DNA of 63,351 nucleotides, filler included, from Chiloscyllium plagiosum (taxonomy: Eukaryota): the NCBI RefSeq assembly GCF_004010195.1. It is 3 parts of one record of this genome, joined end to end, with 100 filler letters (N's around TTAATTAATTAA, not from the genome) between each part and the next. Parts side by side here need not be neighbours in the genome. Positions count along the whole stretch, not along the records: positions 1 to 13,640 come from NC_057717.1; 2 more parts are not named here. One strand, written 5' to 3'. The translations under genes were made by a program, and so were the position numbers. Positions 1-9,874 of this stretch are shown piece after piece; the first letter of the stretch is position 1, and every line of letters starts with the position of its first letter. The notes beneath the pieces are model-generated. The model was not told the origin of the DNA and ran no database searches. It saw only the letters and a list, made by a program, of their open reading frames with translations.

Positions 1-80
1 CAGCAGATGTAGTCAGCAGGGACACTGGTGGTGACCCTTAACCCCCACATTCTGCAGGAGGAACATTCAACTGCCCTAAA
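1..80 (-). mobile_element. CR1 LINE ORF1 N-terminal (zinc-finger-like) fragment
   Basis: Minus strand translates RAVECSSCRMWGLRVTTSVPADYIC, resembling the CxxC..MW....S.P.DY.C start of fish/elasmobranch CR1 ORF1; truncated by the window edge. Confidence 0.65.
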
Positions 81-284
81 CTCCATTTCCACTAGTCTAA
101 CTTCCCAAAGAGACTGTTGAAAAAAAAAGGAATAAACAAACTCGTTAACTTTCTAAGCTGTGGCACAGGTACTTTGTTTTTGGTTTGAGGAGGAGGATGG
201 GATGCTTTAACAGATTATAAGGCAAGGTGAGCTTTTCTGGGTGTTTGGTTTATTTCACAAACGGGTTCATTGCTGTGTCGTAAC

Positions 285-366
285 AGCACACTTGGAACAT
301 TGTGTTCAGTTCTGGTCGCCTTGTTATAGGAAAGATTTAGAAGCTATAGTGAGGGTGCAGAGGAAT
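285..366 (+). mobile_element. CR1 LINE ORF2 C-terminal fragment
   Basis: Translates HLEHCVQFWSPCYRKDLEAIVRVQR, the CR1 HLEYCVQFWSP..RKD motif. Confidence 0.85.
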
Positions 367-479
367 CCCAAAGGATCAACAGAAATATTGGCACACACCA
401 CATGATCGAGTGAAATATTGAGGAAGTCACAACGCCAAAAATAAATACTGGCAGACACTGCATGTCTGTATAAACGTCA

Positions 480-665
480 ATGTGTCAGTGTTTGTGGTGT
501 GTCTGTTCTGATGCCTGTATATCTGTGTGTGCACGTGCATCAGTGTATTGGCATTTCTCTCCGTGTGCTTTAGTATCTGTGTGATTGCACCAGTTTCTAT
601 GTGTGCCTGTGTATCTATATGTATATCTTTGTGTATCTGCGTGTCTCTGTGCGTATCCGTATGCA
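480..665. repeat. Degenerate (TG)n-rich microsatellite
   Basis: Interrupted TG/TA dinucleotide run; explains the spurious His/Thr and Cys/Val ORFs. Confidence 0.8.
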
Positions 666-1289
666 CAGCGGATCTGCCAGCCGCTGTGGTGTTTAAAGTG
701 ATGCAATGTCCGCCTCTGCTGGCCTTCACACTCTAATGCATCGATGGCAGTGGAGGGAGAAAACCATAAGGGATTCCGTCTAGGAGGTGGGGGCAGGGAG
801 GTAGATCATAGCACCATCCGAACTGACAGCAACATCTGCACATGCACACACGCACAGAGTTGGGTATAGGGAGGAGCATAATTGTACTGAGGACACTCAA
901 AGTGGCGAATGCTCCTGAGTAATATCTGTGCTCTCTCTGCAATGTGAAAGTGATTTGTCTTTGAAGATTATTCGTTGCACAGAGTGTACACCTTAATGGG
1001 TATTTCCACTGCAACTGCATCCAAGCAACTCTGACCAAATCATCTGTAAAGTGATGCGATGAATTTATTACATGTTCTTTAAATTGAAATATTTTATAAT
1101 TCACCCCTACAAGGTTGAAGTGAGAAAGGATTGAAAAGTCGTGAAACTGTCCCAGTGGTGGTGGTAATATATCTAGGTATCAGACAAAACTGTTCTGTCC
1201 ATCCAAAGATATTTGCAAAACCAAACAGCCGTGCAATGTGAGAGATGCACAGTATTTGATGTCCTCTGATAGAAAAAAAACTGACACTT

Positions 1290-1326
1290 GTGCAGTGGCA
1301 TGGGGAGACCAGCAGAGGGTAGCATT
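1290..1326 (+). promoter_or_regulatory. Candidate CTCF site with upstream module
   Basis: TGCAGTGGC-atggggaga-CCAGCAGAGGGTAGC: one mismatch to the CCASYAGRKGGCRS core, plus a TGCAG upstream module at plausible spacing. Confidence 0.35.
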
Positions 1327-1544
1327 GTATGACTATAAACTTAACAGGGACAGACGTAGAGGTGGAGGAGGGTTTATCTCAATTTCAATGGATTTACCCC
1401 CAAAATCACAGAACCATCATTTCACAGAGATGTACACAAACATACATAGACATATTAAACACACAACGCACATACATACAGATATGGACAGTTACAAACA
1501 AATACATGCACACGCCCGCACACAGACACTGTGTTTTTTTAAGA

Positions 1545-2442
1545 TAGAGATACGTATGTTTTTCATGAATAAGGGAATCAATGGTCAGTTGGTGAAGGCA
1601 GGAGAATGTGGCTGAGAAACATTTTAACTGTGATCAAACGGCACAGTAAATCCAAGGGGCTAACTGGCCTAATTCTGTTCCAATTTCCTATTTTGTGAAG
1701 GGATTCATTATGGAAGTCGAATTTGAATGCCGATTACTGGGTCAAATGTAGGATTCGTAGCAGTGTGGAGGAACAAACGGATCTTGTGGTCCATGTCTGT
1801 AGGTGTCTCAGTTGCCACCTAAGTTGATAGAGTTGTTAAGAAGGCATATGGTGTGTTGGTTTTCATTAGCAGGGGGACTGAGTTGAAGAGCTGCAAGATT
1901 ATGCTGCAGGTCTATAAAGCTCTGGTGAGACCACATTTGAAATGTTCTGGTCGCCTCAGTAAAGAAAGGATATGGAAGATTTAGAGCGGGTGCAGAAGAG
2001 ATTTACCAGAATGCTGCCTGGACTAGAGTGCTTGTCTTTTGAAGAAAGGTTGAGGGAGCTATGGCTTTTCTCATTGGAGTAAAGAAGGATGAGAGGTAAC
2101 TTGATAGAGCTGAACAAGATGGTGAGAGTTACAGGAGAAAGTGAGGACTGCAGATGGAGATCAGAGCTGAAAATGTGTTGCTGGGAAAGTGCAACAGGTC
2201 AGGCAGCATCCAAGGAACAGGAGAATCGACGTTTCGGGCATAAGCCCTTCTTCAGGAATCAGGCACCATCCTTCTTCAGGATTCCTGAAGAAGGGCTTAT
2301 GCCCGAAACGTCTATTCCCCTGTTCCTTGGGTGAGAGTTACAGACAGAGTAAATAGCCAGAGACTTCTTCCCACGAATGATTGTCACGAGGTGAGCATAA
2401 TTTTAAAGTGTTTGGAGAAAGGTTTTGGAAGATGTCAAAGGC
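1545..2442 (+). mobile_element. Decayed CR1 fragments (3' UTR piece, then RT C-terminal region), interrupted by a Penelope-like insertion
   Basis: CR1 3'-end-like text at about 1560-1690; GSVEEQ.DL.V / QVDRVVKKAYG / LERVQKRFTRMLPG-type sequence at 1700-2130, resuming after 2343. Confidence 0.85.
2135..2329. mobile_element. Palindromic Penelope-like non-autonomous element with hammerhead ribozyme cores
   Basis: Perfect 32-bp inverted repeat 2228-2259/2281-2312; each arm reads CTGAAGA-A-GGGC-TTAT-GCCC-GAAACGTC on its own strand; 14-bp TSD GGTGAGAGTTACAG at 2121-2134 and 2330-2343. Confidence 0.8.
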
Positions 2443-3457
2443 AGTGAGACACCAGCCCCAGTCCCTCTCCCCACAAACCGGGTCCCAGGTACAGTGAGAC
2501 AGCTGTGCTAAACACTGAGATATCATGTCCCTCTCCCCCTCCCCCCGCAACCGGGGTCCCTGGTACTGTGAGACAGCCGTGCTAACCACTGAGACACCAT
2601 GCCCTTCTCCCCCTCCCCCAAAGCCAGGTCCCTGGTACTGTGAGACAGCCGTGCTAACCACTGAGACATCTTGCCCCTCTCCATCAAACCGGGTCTCTGC
2701 CACTGTGAGACAGCCGTACTAAGCACTGAGACAACATGCACCCCCTCCACCTCCACCCTAAACCGGGTCCCTGGTGCCGTGAGACAGCCATGCTAATCAC
2801 TGAGACAACATGCCCCCCCTCCCCTTCCCCCCGAAGTCGGGTCCCTGGTACTGTGAGACAGCAGTACTGACGACTGAGACACCAGTACTGTGAGACAGCA
2901 GTACTGACCACTGAGACACCATGCCCCTCTCCCCCTCCCCCCCAAACCGGGTCTCTGGGACTGTGAGACAGCCGTACGAACCGCTGGGACACCATGCACC
3001 CCTCCCCCTCTCCCCCAAATCCGGTCCCTGGTACTGTGGGACAGACGTGCTAACCACTGAGACACCATGGCCCCCTCCCCGCTAAACCGTGTCTCTGATA
3101 CTGTGGGACAGCCGTATTAACCGCGGAGACACTATGACCCCCTCCCCCTCTCCCCCACACCGGGTCCCAAGTACTGTGAGACAGCCGTGTTAACCACTGA
3201 GACACAATGCCCCCTCCCCATCGCCCCAAACCTGGTCCCTAGTACTGTGAGACAGCCGTGCTAAGCACTGAGACACCAGGTCCCCCCTCCCCCAAAACCA
3301 GTTCCCTGTACTGTGAGACAGCCTTGCTCACCACTGAGACACCATACCCCCTCCCCTCCCCTCAAACCGGGTCCCTGGTACTGTGAGACAGCCGTGCTAA
3401 CCACTGAGACACCATGCACCCTCCCTGCCCCCTCCCCCAAAACGCGTTTTGGGGGAG
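2443..3457 (-). repeat. Minisatellite of about 14 tandem SINE tRNA-head units (mostly 64-75 bp)
   Basis: Unit on minus: CATGGTGTCTCAGTGGTTAGCACGGCTGTCTCACAGTACCAGGGACCCGGTTT plus a G-rich linker; matches the 5' head of the SINEs at 8256, 31533 and 51714. Confidence 0.85.
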
Positions 3458-3484
3458 TTGCGGGGACGGGGAAATGTAAATAAA

Positions 3485-5716
3485 AGTGATGAGCTTAGAG
3501 CTATGATGTTGTGGCCATAACAGAGACATGGGTTATGAATGGTTGCTGGATGTTCCAGGGTTTAGAACATTTAAAAAGAATAGGGAGGAGGTAAAAAGAG
3601 GAGGGGGTGTAGCACTGCTAATCAGAGAGAGTATCACAGCTACAGAAGTTAACATTATCGAGGAAGGTCTGCCTCCTGAGTCAGTATGGGTGGAAATTAA
3701 GAACAGTAAGGCAGCAATCACGTAAATAGGGGTTAAATACAGGCTCCCCAATAGAAGCAGGGAGATTGAAGAAAGTATCAGTCAGCAGAGTTTGGAAAAG
3801 TGTGATTGGAAGAGGGTAGTTGTAATGGGTGAATAACTTTCCCAATATTGATTAGAACCTCCTTCCAATAGATGGTTTGGAAGGAGCTGTTTTTGTAAGG
3901 TGTGTTCAGGAGGGTTTCCTAACTCAGTACGTTGACAGGCCGACGAGGGGAGAGACCATTTTGGATTTGGTGCTCGGCAATGAGCTGGGGCAGGTGTCAG
4001 ATCTGCGGTGGGAGAGCATTTTGGTGATAGGGACCACAACTGCCTCATATTCTACATAGCCATGGAGAAGGAGAGAAGCAGGCACAATGGAATGATATTT
4101 AGTTGGGGAAAAAGAAACTGTGATATTATCATACTGCGTTGCGAAACATGGACTGGGAGCAATTTTTCTTTGAACGGGCACTATAGACATGTGGAGACTG
4201 TTTAAGGAGCAGTTGTTGCGAGTGATGCACAAATGTGTTCCTTTGAGACAGGGAAGAAAGGGTAAGATAAAGGAACCTTGGATGACGAGAGCGGAGGAGC
4301 TTCTTGTCAAAGAAAGAAGGCAACTTACGTAAGGTGGAGGAAGTAAGGGTCTTGTTCAGCTTTCGACGATTACAGGCAGGCGAGGAAGGAGCTCAAAAAT
4401 GGTCTGAGGAGAGCCAGGAGGGGGCAGGAAAAAGGCTTGGCAGGAATGATTAGGGAGAATCTAAAGGCATTTTGCACATATGTGAGGAATAAGAGAATGA
4501 TCAAAGAAAGAGTAGGGCCGATCAGGGATAGCATAGGGAACTTGTGTATAGAGTCTGAGAAGGTAGGGGAAGCCCTAAATGAGTTTTTTGCTTCTGTCTT
4601 TACGAAAGAAAAGGACTTTGTAGTGAATGAAACCAGTGAGGAGCAGGTAATCATGCTGCAACAGATAGATTGAGGAAGCTGATGTGTTGAAAATTTTGAC
4701 AAACATTAATATTAACAAGTCGCCAGGGCCAGATCAGATTTGTCCTCGGCTGCTTTGGGAAGCGAGAAATGTGATTGCTTCGCCGCTTGCGAAGATCTTT
4801 GCATCCTCGCTCTCCACCGGAGTTGTACCTGAGGACTGGAGGGAGGCAAATGTAATTCCTCTCTTCAAGAAAGGAAATAGGGAAATTCCCGGAAATTACA
4901 GACCAGTTAGTCTCACGTCTGTCATCTGCAAGGTGTTGGAAAGGATTTTGCGGGATAGGATTTATGACCATCTGGAAGAGCATGGCTTGAATAAATGCAG
5001 TCAGCACGGCTTTGTGAGGGGCAGGTCATGCCTCACAAATTTTATTGAGTTCTTTGAGGATGTTACTAGAAATGTTGATGACGGTCGAGCGGTGGATGTT
5101 GTGTATATGGACTTCAGCAAGGCATTTGATAAGGTTCCCCATGGTAGGCTCGTTCAGAAGGTCAGGAGGAATGGGATACAGGGAAATTTAGCTGTCTGGA
5201 TATACAATTGGCTGGTCGACAGAAGACAGCGAGTGGTAGTCGAAGGAAAATATTCTGCCTGGAAGTCAGTGGTGAATGGTGTTCCACGGGCTCTGTTCTT
5301 AGGGCTCTACTCCTTGTAATTTTTATTAATGACTTGGATGAGGAGATTGAAGAATGGGTTAGCAGGTTTGCAGAGGACAAAAAGGTTGGAGGTATCATTG
5401 ACAGTATACAGGACTGTTGCAGGCTGCAGCATGACATTGCCAGGATGCAGAGATGGGCTGAGAGGTGGTCGATGGAATTCAAACTGGATAAATGCGAGGT
5501 GATGTACTTTGGAAGATCGAACTTGAAAGTTGAGTACAGGACTAAAGGCAGCATTCTTGGCAGTGTGGAGGAACAGCGGGATCTTGGTGTGCAGGTACAT
5601 AGATCCCTTAAAATTTCCACCCAGGTGGACAGGGTTGTTAAGAAAGCATATGGTGTTTTGGCTTTCATTAACAAGGGGATTGAGTTTAAGAGCCGTGAGA
5701 TCTTGTTGCAGCTCCA
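3485..5716 (+). mobile_element. CR1 (HER1-like) LINE ORF2 remnant: APE endonuclease + reverse transcriptase, frameshifted and 3'-truncated
   Basis: [76 protein letters not shown] (normally FADD), QRDLGVQV; several stops and frameshifts. Confidence 0.95.
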
Positions 5717-6967
5717 TTTGCTCATACCCCTATACTTATTCTCCCATTTCCTCATACTCCGACACTAAATTCTCCTGATTTTTTCATATAACGATACTAA
5801 TTCTACCGTTTCCTCATATCCCAGTATGATTTTCTCATATTCTGATGCCCGAGTTCAAATCTCGCATTTAGAAGTGCCCTACTTTAATTCGAAATTTTAA
5901 TGGTGAATTGCACCAAATATCTAATTTAGGTCCACTCCGCACCACTTTTTTCCATTAGGTAGCTGCAAAGATTCTCCCATGTTGTGGTCCACTTCTGTAA
6001 TTCTCCAATTTTGGCGTTTACTGCATCAAATTCTCAAATTGCCAATTCTGCACTAATCCACCCTTTCGTCATGAACTGAAGAAACTCTCCCACTGAGTAT
6101 TGCCTTGCCCCAACTCTCCTGTTTTGCTGTTTCCTTACATACATCTTCCACATAATGGTTTACTGCTCAAAGTTTTTTCATTAATGTCGCCCTGCATCGA
6201 ACGGCCACTTTCCTGCACTTTACTACATTTCTCCGACTTACTGTTTCCTGCCCGTGTTCTCCCATTTAAATATGCTCTGTTCCAACTCTGCATGCTTTAA
6301 GCATCCCACACCAATTCTCGAATTCAATATTGCCCTGAAACAATTCTCATGTTCATTGATACCCAAACCATCTTCTCCCAGTCTGGGGAACGCCACTCTG
6401 ACTCTCTGAGATAGTGGTGCCATACCCCAATTCGCTGTTTAAGTTCCACTGTGCAATTTTTCCATTTTGTGGTTCGTGCAACAATTGTCCTAAATACAGC
6501 TTCACTTCCGTGCACTATTCTACCATTTTCGAATCCTGGACGAATCTTCTTTTCGTCAGCAACTGCACCTCCACCACATTTAATATTATTCAGCACCAGT
6601 TCTCCCACGTCTTCCACCAATTCTCTACTTTGGTGACATCGGCACCAACTCTCCCATTATTGATACCATGCATCAATTGTTCCATTGCATTGTTTCCTGA
6701 TATACTTCCTCCACGTGTGGCTTCCATGCTCTGAAGTTTTTTTTTCCATTTCTTGGTGGGCGGACTCGAATCTCGACTTTACTGCTGCTTGCAAAATTGT
6801 TCCTTCTCAATGATTCCCTGCCAGTATTTTTCCAATTGGAGGTGTTCTGCTCAAATTATTTAATGAACAGGCAATTTGTACTAATTTTCCAATGTAATGG
6901 CACTGTGCAACAATTCTCCCATTTACTGATACCCAACAATTCTCCCACTGCCTGACACCCTGACACC
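5717..6967. repeat. Highly diverged ~29-bp tandem array (about 42 units), core ATTCTCCCATTT
   Basis: Core variants recur every 27-31 bp, mostly 29 (e.g. near 5972, 6001, 6031; 6256, 6285, 6315, 6344, 6373, 6402, 6431), with very variable intervening sequence. Confidence 0.7.
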
Positions 6968-7551
6968 TGTCGTGGAAATTTAATCAGCTCGAATCACCTG
7001 CTAGCAAGAGCAAAGGAAAGGCTTTATTTTTCAACCTCTGCATGCAGGGCGGCCAATATAATTGGCAAAAGTGCCTTATGTAAGGGCTGTGAACAAAATT
7101 CACATATTCGTGTTATACTATTCTTATCAGATGCTCAAGGACAAGTGTTGGGAAACATTCGAGCTCACATTTTCTCATTCCCATGCCTTGGACATAATTA
7201 TCTTTATGTTTTCCGAAGCTTTTTTCAGAACTCGGCTGATCGCAAGGCCAGGTGAAATGTTTGCAACGTTCCACAAAGACAAGTTGACTCCTCGACGCAG
7301 AATTCAGCAAAGTGTTTGCATATTTCAGCGAAGTATTAAATTTTGCAAAACATTCTCTGACAGATTTCACAGTAAAAGTTAATTTTGTTAATTTTTCATT
7401 ACATTTTCCAAATTTTTGTCATTTTACAACAAGGACAACAACCAAAACAAAAGCCAGATAGCTATACATCAAAAATAATTTATGAACACCAGGCATTTCC
7501 TCAGACACCACGTAACTCTAACAAAGCTTTGTGGTGGTTTTTCCACTTCCC
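6968..7551 (-). mobile_element. 3' LTR of endogenous retrovirus
   Basis: Minus strand ends ...TTTCCACGACA at 6968; AATAAA (minus) at 7023-7028; lies directly downstream of env. The inner boundary near 7551 is tentative (GAAGTGGAAA resembles the inverted terminus; no clean PPT seen). Confidence 0.6.
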
Positions 7552-7569
7552 TGGTTTGCCCGATACACA

Positions 7570-9617
7570 GCCCATCTTCACACGTCACATTCGTCAACGT
7601 CGCTGTAGGGTGTGGACAAGCAATCGGATCTTACTTCTTTGGGCCCACGGATAGTTTAACATTTCGTATCCTACTGCATTCATAAGCAAGTGGTGTAAGC
7701 AGGTACACAACTAGGGTCTTATTCAAAGCAGTATGAGTAAGACCAGTCCTACAACTGGTAGAACGATATGGGTCCATTACCCCCAGCCCGCATAAGAAGG
7801 GACGTGAGCCATCGGGAGCAGGAGTCATCTGCTCGTGGAGGCGGTCATATAGCTGCCTTCATACCATTTATTAAACAAGCAATATTTTGGGACTCATCAG
7901 GAACATTAATACAGCATGAGTACCTAACGTTTTGCAGACGCCCCCTCTCTCAGCCGTCAGGATGTCTCGTACTCATCGATTTTGTGTCTCTGCTTCCTCA
8001 CCGCCATTAACTCAGTGTTAATGAGTGCTAGGCCTTCCTCCGTCTCATTTGCGAATACACCATATGCGAGGATGTTCTGCGAGTGTGTACCCATTCCAAT
8101 GCAGAGGGATGCCCCTTCGAGTTCGGCAATTGCTGCCTTTTAGGGCGAACACTATTGTGTAGGTGGACAGTATCGCGGTGTAGCAGAACCCCTTTCACCC
8201 CGGGGGAGTGGTGGTACCCTTTCTCGCCACCTGCCCATATTATACCTGCCATCCTGATTAGATTAGATTACTTACAGTGTGGAAACAGGCTTTTCGGCCC
8301 AACGAGTCCACACACACCAGCCGAACCGCAACCCACCCATACATTTACCTAACACCTAACACTACGGGCAATTTAGCATGGCCCATTCACCCAACCTGCA
8401 CATCTTGGTGACTGTGGGAGGAAACTCACGCAGACACAGGGAGAATGTGCAAACTGCACACTGTCAGTCGCCTGAGGCGGGAATTAAACCGGGTTCTCCG
8501 GCGCTGTTAGGCAGCAATGCTAACCACTGTGACACCGTACCGCTCATGGTCTGACCATTGAGAAAGGAACAAGCAATATTTATGGTCATATCATTTGCGT
8601 ATGTTGCTGTACAAGAGTCGTTGTTCAAATGCAGCATCAAGCTACACTGGGAGATACCCAAAATGATTCTCCCCAGATTGGTGCAAATACACGTTTCTCC
8701 TCTGCAATCCACTATCTGGAATGCTGTGGTCGGTAGCGTGTCAGGCTTGGGGCTGTAGTTAGCCTGAAGTTCGGGTGGTGACACGAGATTTGCCCAAATT
8801 GCCCCCCACTATCAGGGTCAGGCTAGTCGCCTCCCGTGGAAGCAGACAGCTTGCATTTTTCGCCAGGTTCTCAGTAATTTGCTGGGCAGACTACCTTTGG
8901 GCTGTGTGCAAACATATCCAACAAGTGTAGCCAACGTCTAATCTCTCGTTTTGTCTTATGACCAAAGCACATGCTCTGTTCCCTTCACATCTAGCAATGG
9001 TCCTTTGCAGCTCCCAACCTACTGGCGTCGCATTTACTCCATTTAGCTCCAGCAGGCAAATTCCTCTCCTGCTTTAAATTCGCCCTCAAGCCACGGCCGT
9101 CTCCCTTCGGGTTCGGGTGTGTCATTAATGACCTTTGCCCGGCTTGGGGTTAGGTCCATGATCTGGTTTAATTGGTTTCCATGCTCCAGTGCTCCTATCG
9201 TCTGTAGTACATTCTGCACTGCATCTCGGAGGGCGGGGCTGGGGCGACTGCACCACTATATTCACCTGTCTACAGATGTCGGAGAAGGATCCATCTATTC
9301 CACACCACGAGACTCCCTCATTGCTCTTCTGAGTCTTACTTTGATCATAGAATATTTATTTCCCATGTCAGGTGCCCCTTTTGCCGTGGTGGCTACTACT
9401 AAGTGCCAGTCACCGGCGCAGCATGGATCCCTGCATAAATCTTAATGATCGAATTTATAGTCGTCCTTGTTACTGAACGGCTATGGGTCGAATGTAAAGA
9501 TCCACTTCGTCCTATCAGTTAAGATAATCGTCAGCTGCTGCATCCCAGACGCCCCTGCCCTGATGAATAGTCCTAACAGGGCGCTTGCCAACAGTGTGAA
9601 CTCGGGCAGCCCCACAT
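7570..9617 (-). pseudogene. env: Decayed gamma-type retroviral envelope (env) gene, split by a SINE
   Basis: Across frameshifts: signal-peptide-like EFTLLASALLGLFIRAGASG; CWIC at 8912-8923; WAGGEKGY..(W)KGFCY; furin-type RTRR at 8114-8125; ANETEEGLALINTELMAVR; QNR*VRDILTAERGGVCKTLGT/SCC at 7911-7984; TM HIVLPVVGLVLLILL at about 7725-7770. Confidence 0.9.
8256..8545 (-). mobile_element. HE1/V-SINE-like tRNA-derived SINE inserted in env
   Basis: Minus strand: GGTACGGTGTCACAGTGGTTAGCATTGCTGCCT head, TGTGCAGTTTGCACATTCTCCC body, CCTGTTTCCACACTGTAAG(TAATC)n tail. Confidence 0.9.
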
Positions 9618-9689
9618 TTGCTTAAGTCTTCTAATAAATACTTGCTCTAAATTGGTTTTGGTGTTGTGCGATGTCTCCTCAGACCCAGC

Positions 9690-9874
9690 TGCAAGTTTGT
9701 AATGGCTGGCGTGTATCCACGTAGCTGTTCCGGCGATCTTAACAGCTATCTGTGCTGTAAGGCGTACTTGAAACGGTCCCAGCCTCCTCTTCGCCTTCCT
9801 GTTTTCCCTCCTGAAGTCTTTCACCACTATTCAGGCTCCAGGTTAGAGATCGTACATCTTTCCTTCTGCTGATT
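9690..9874 (-). pseudogene. pol: Retroviral integrase C-terminal domain (ERV1/epsilon-like pol end)
   Basis: DL*PGA*IVVKDFRRENRKAKRRLGPFQVRLTAQIAVKIAGTATWIHASHYK matches the QPGDWV..W.GPY/F.VLL.T.TAVKV...WIHASH.K pattern; two in-frame stops; runs into a gap. Confidence 0.92.

Noticed and set aside
1150..1275. Possible Ig/TCR V-segment end (minus EDIKYCA + CACATTG) or recombination signal
   Set aside because: No upstream V framework and no nonamer at 12/23-bp spacing.
2443..3445. tRNA gene cluster
   Set aside because: Units lack the T-arm and the 3' half of the acceptor stem; they are SINE heads.
5717..6967. CRISPR array interpretation of the core-plus-variable-spacer pattern
   Set aside because: The core is only about 12 bp and degenerate, spacers are about 17 bp, no cas genes are present, and the context is vertebrate.
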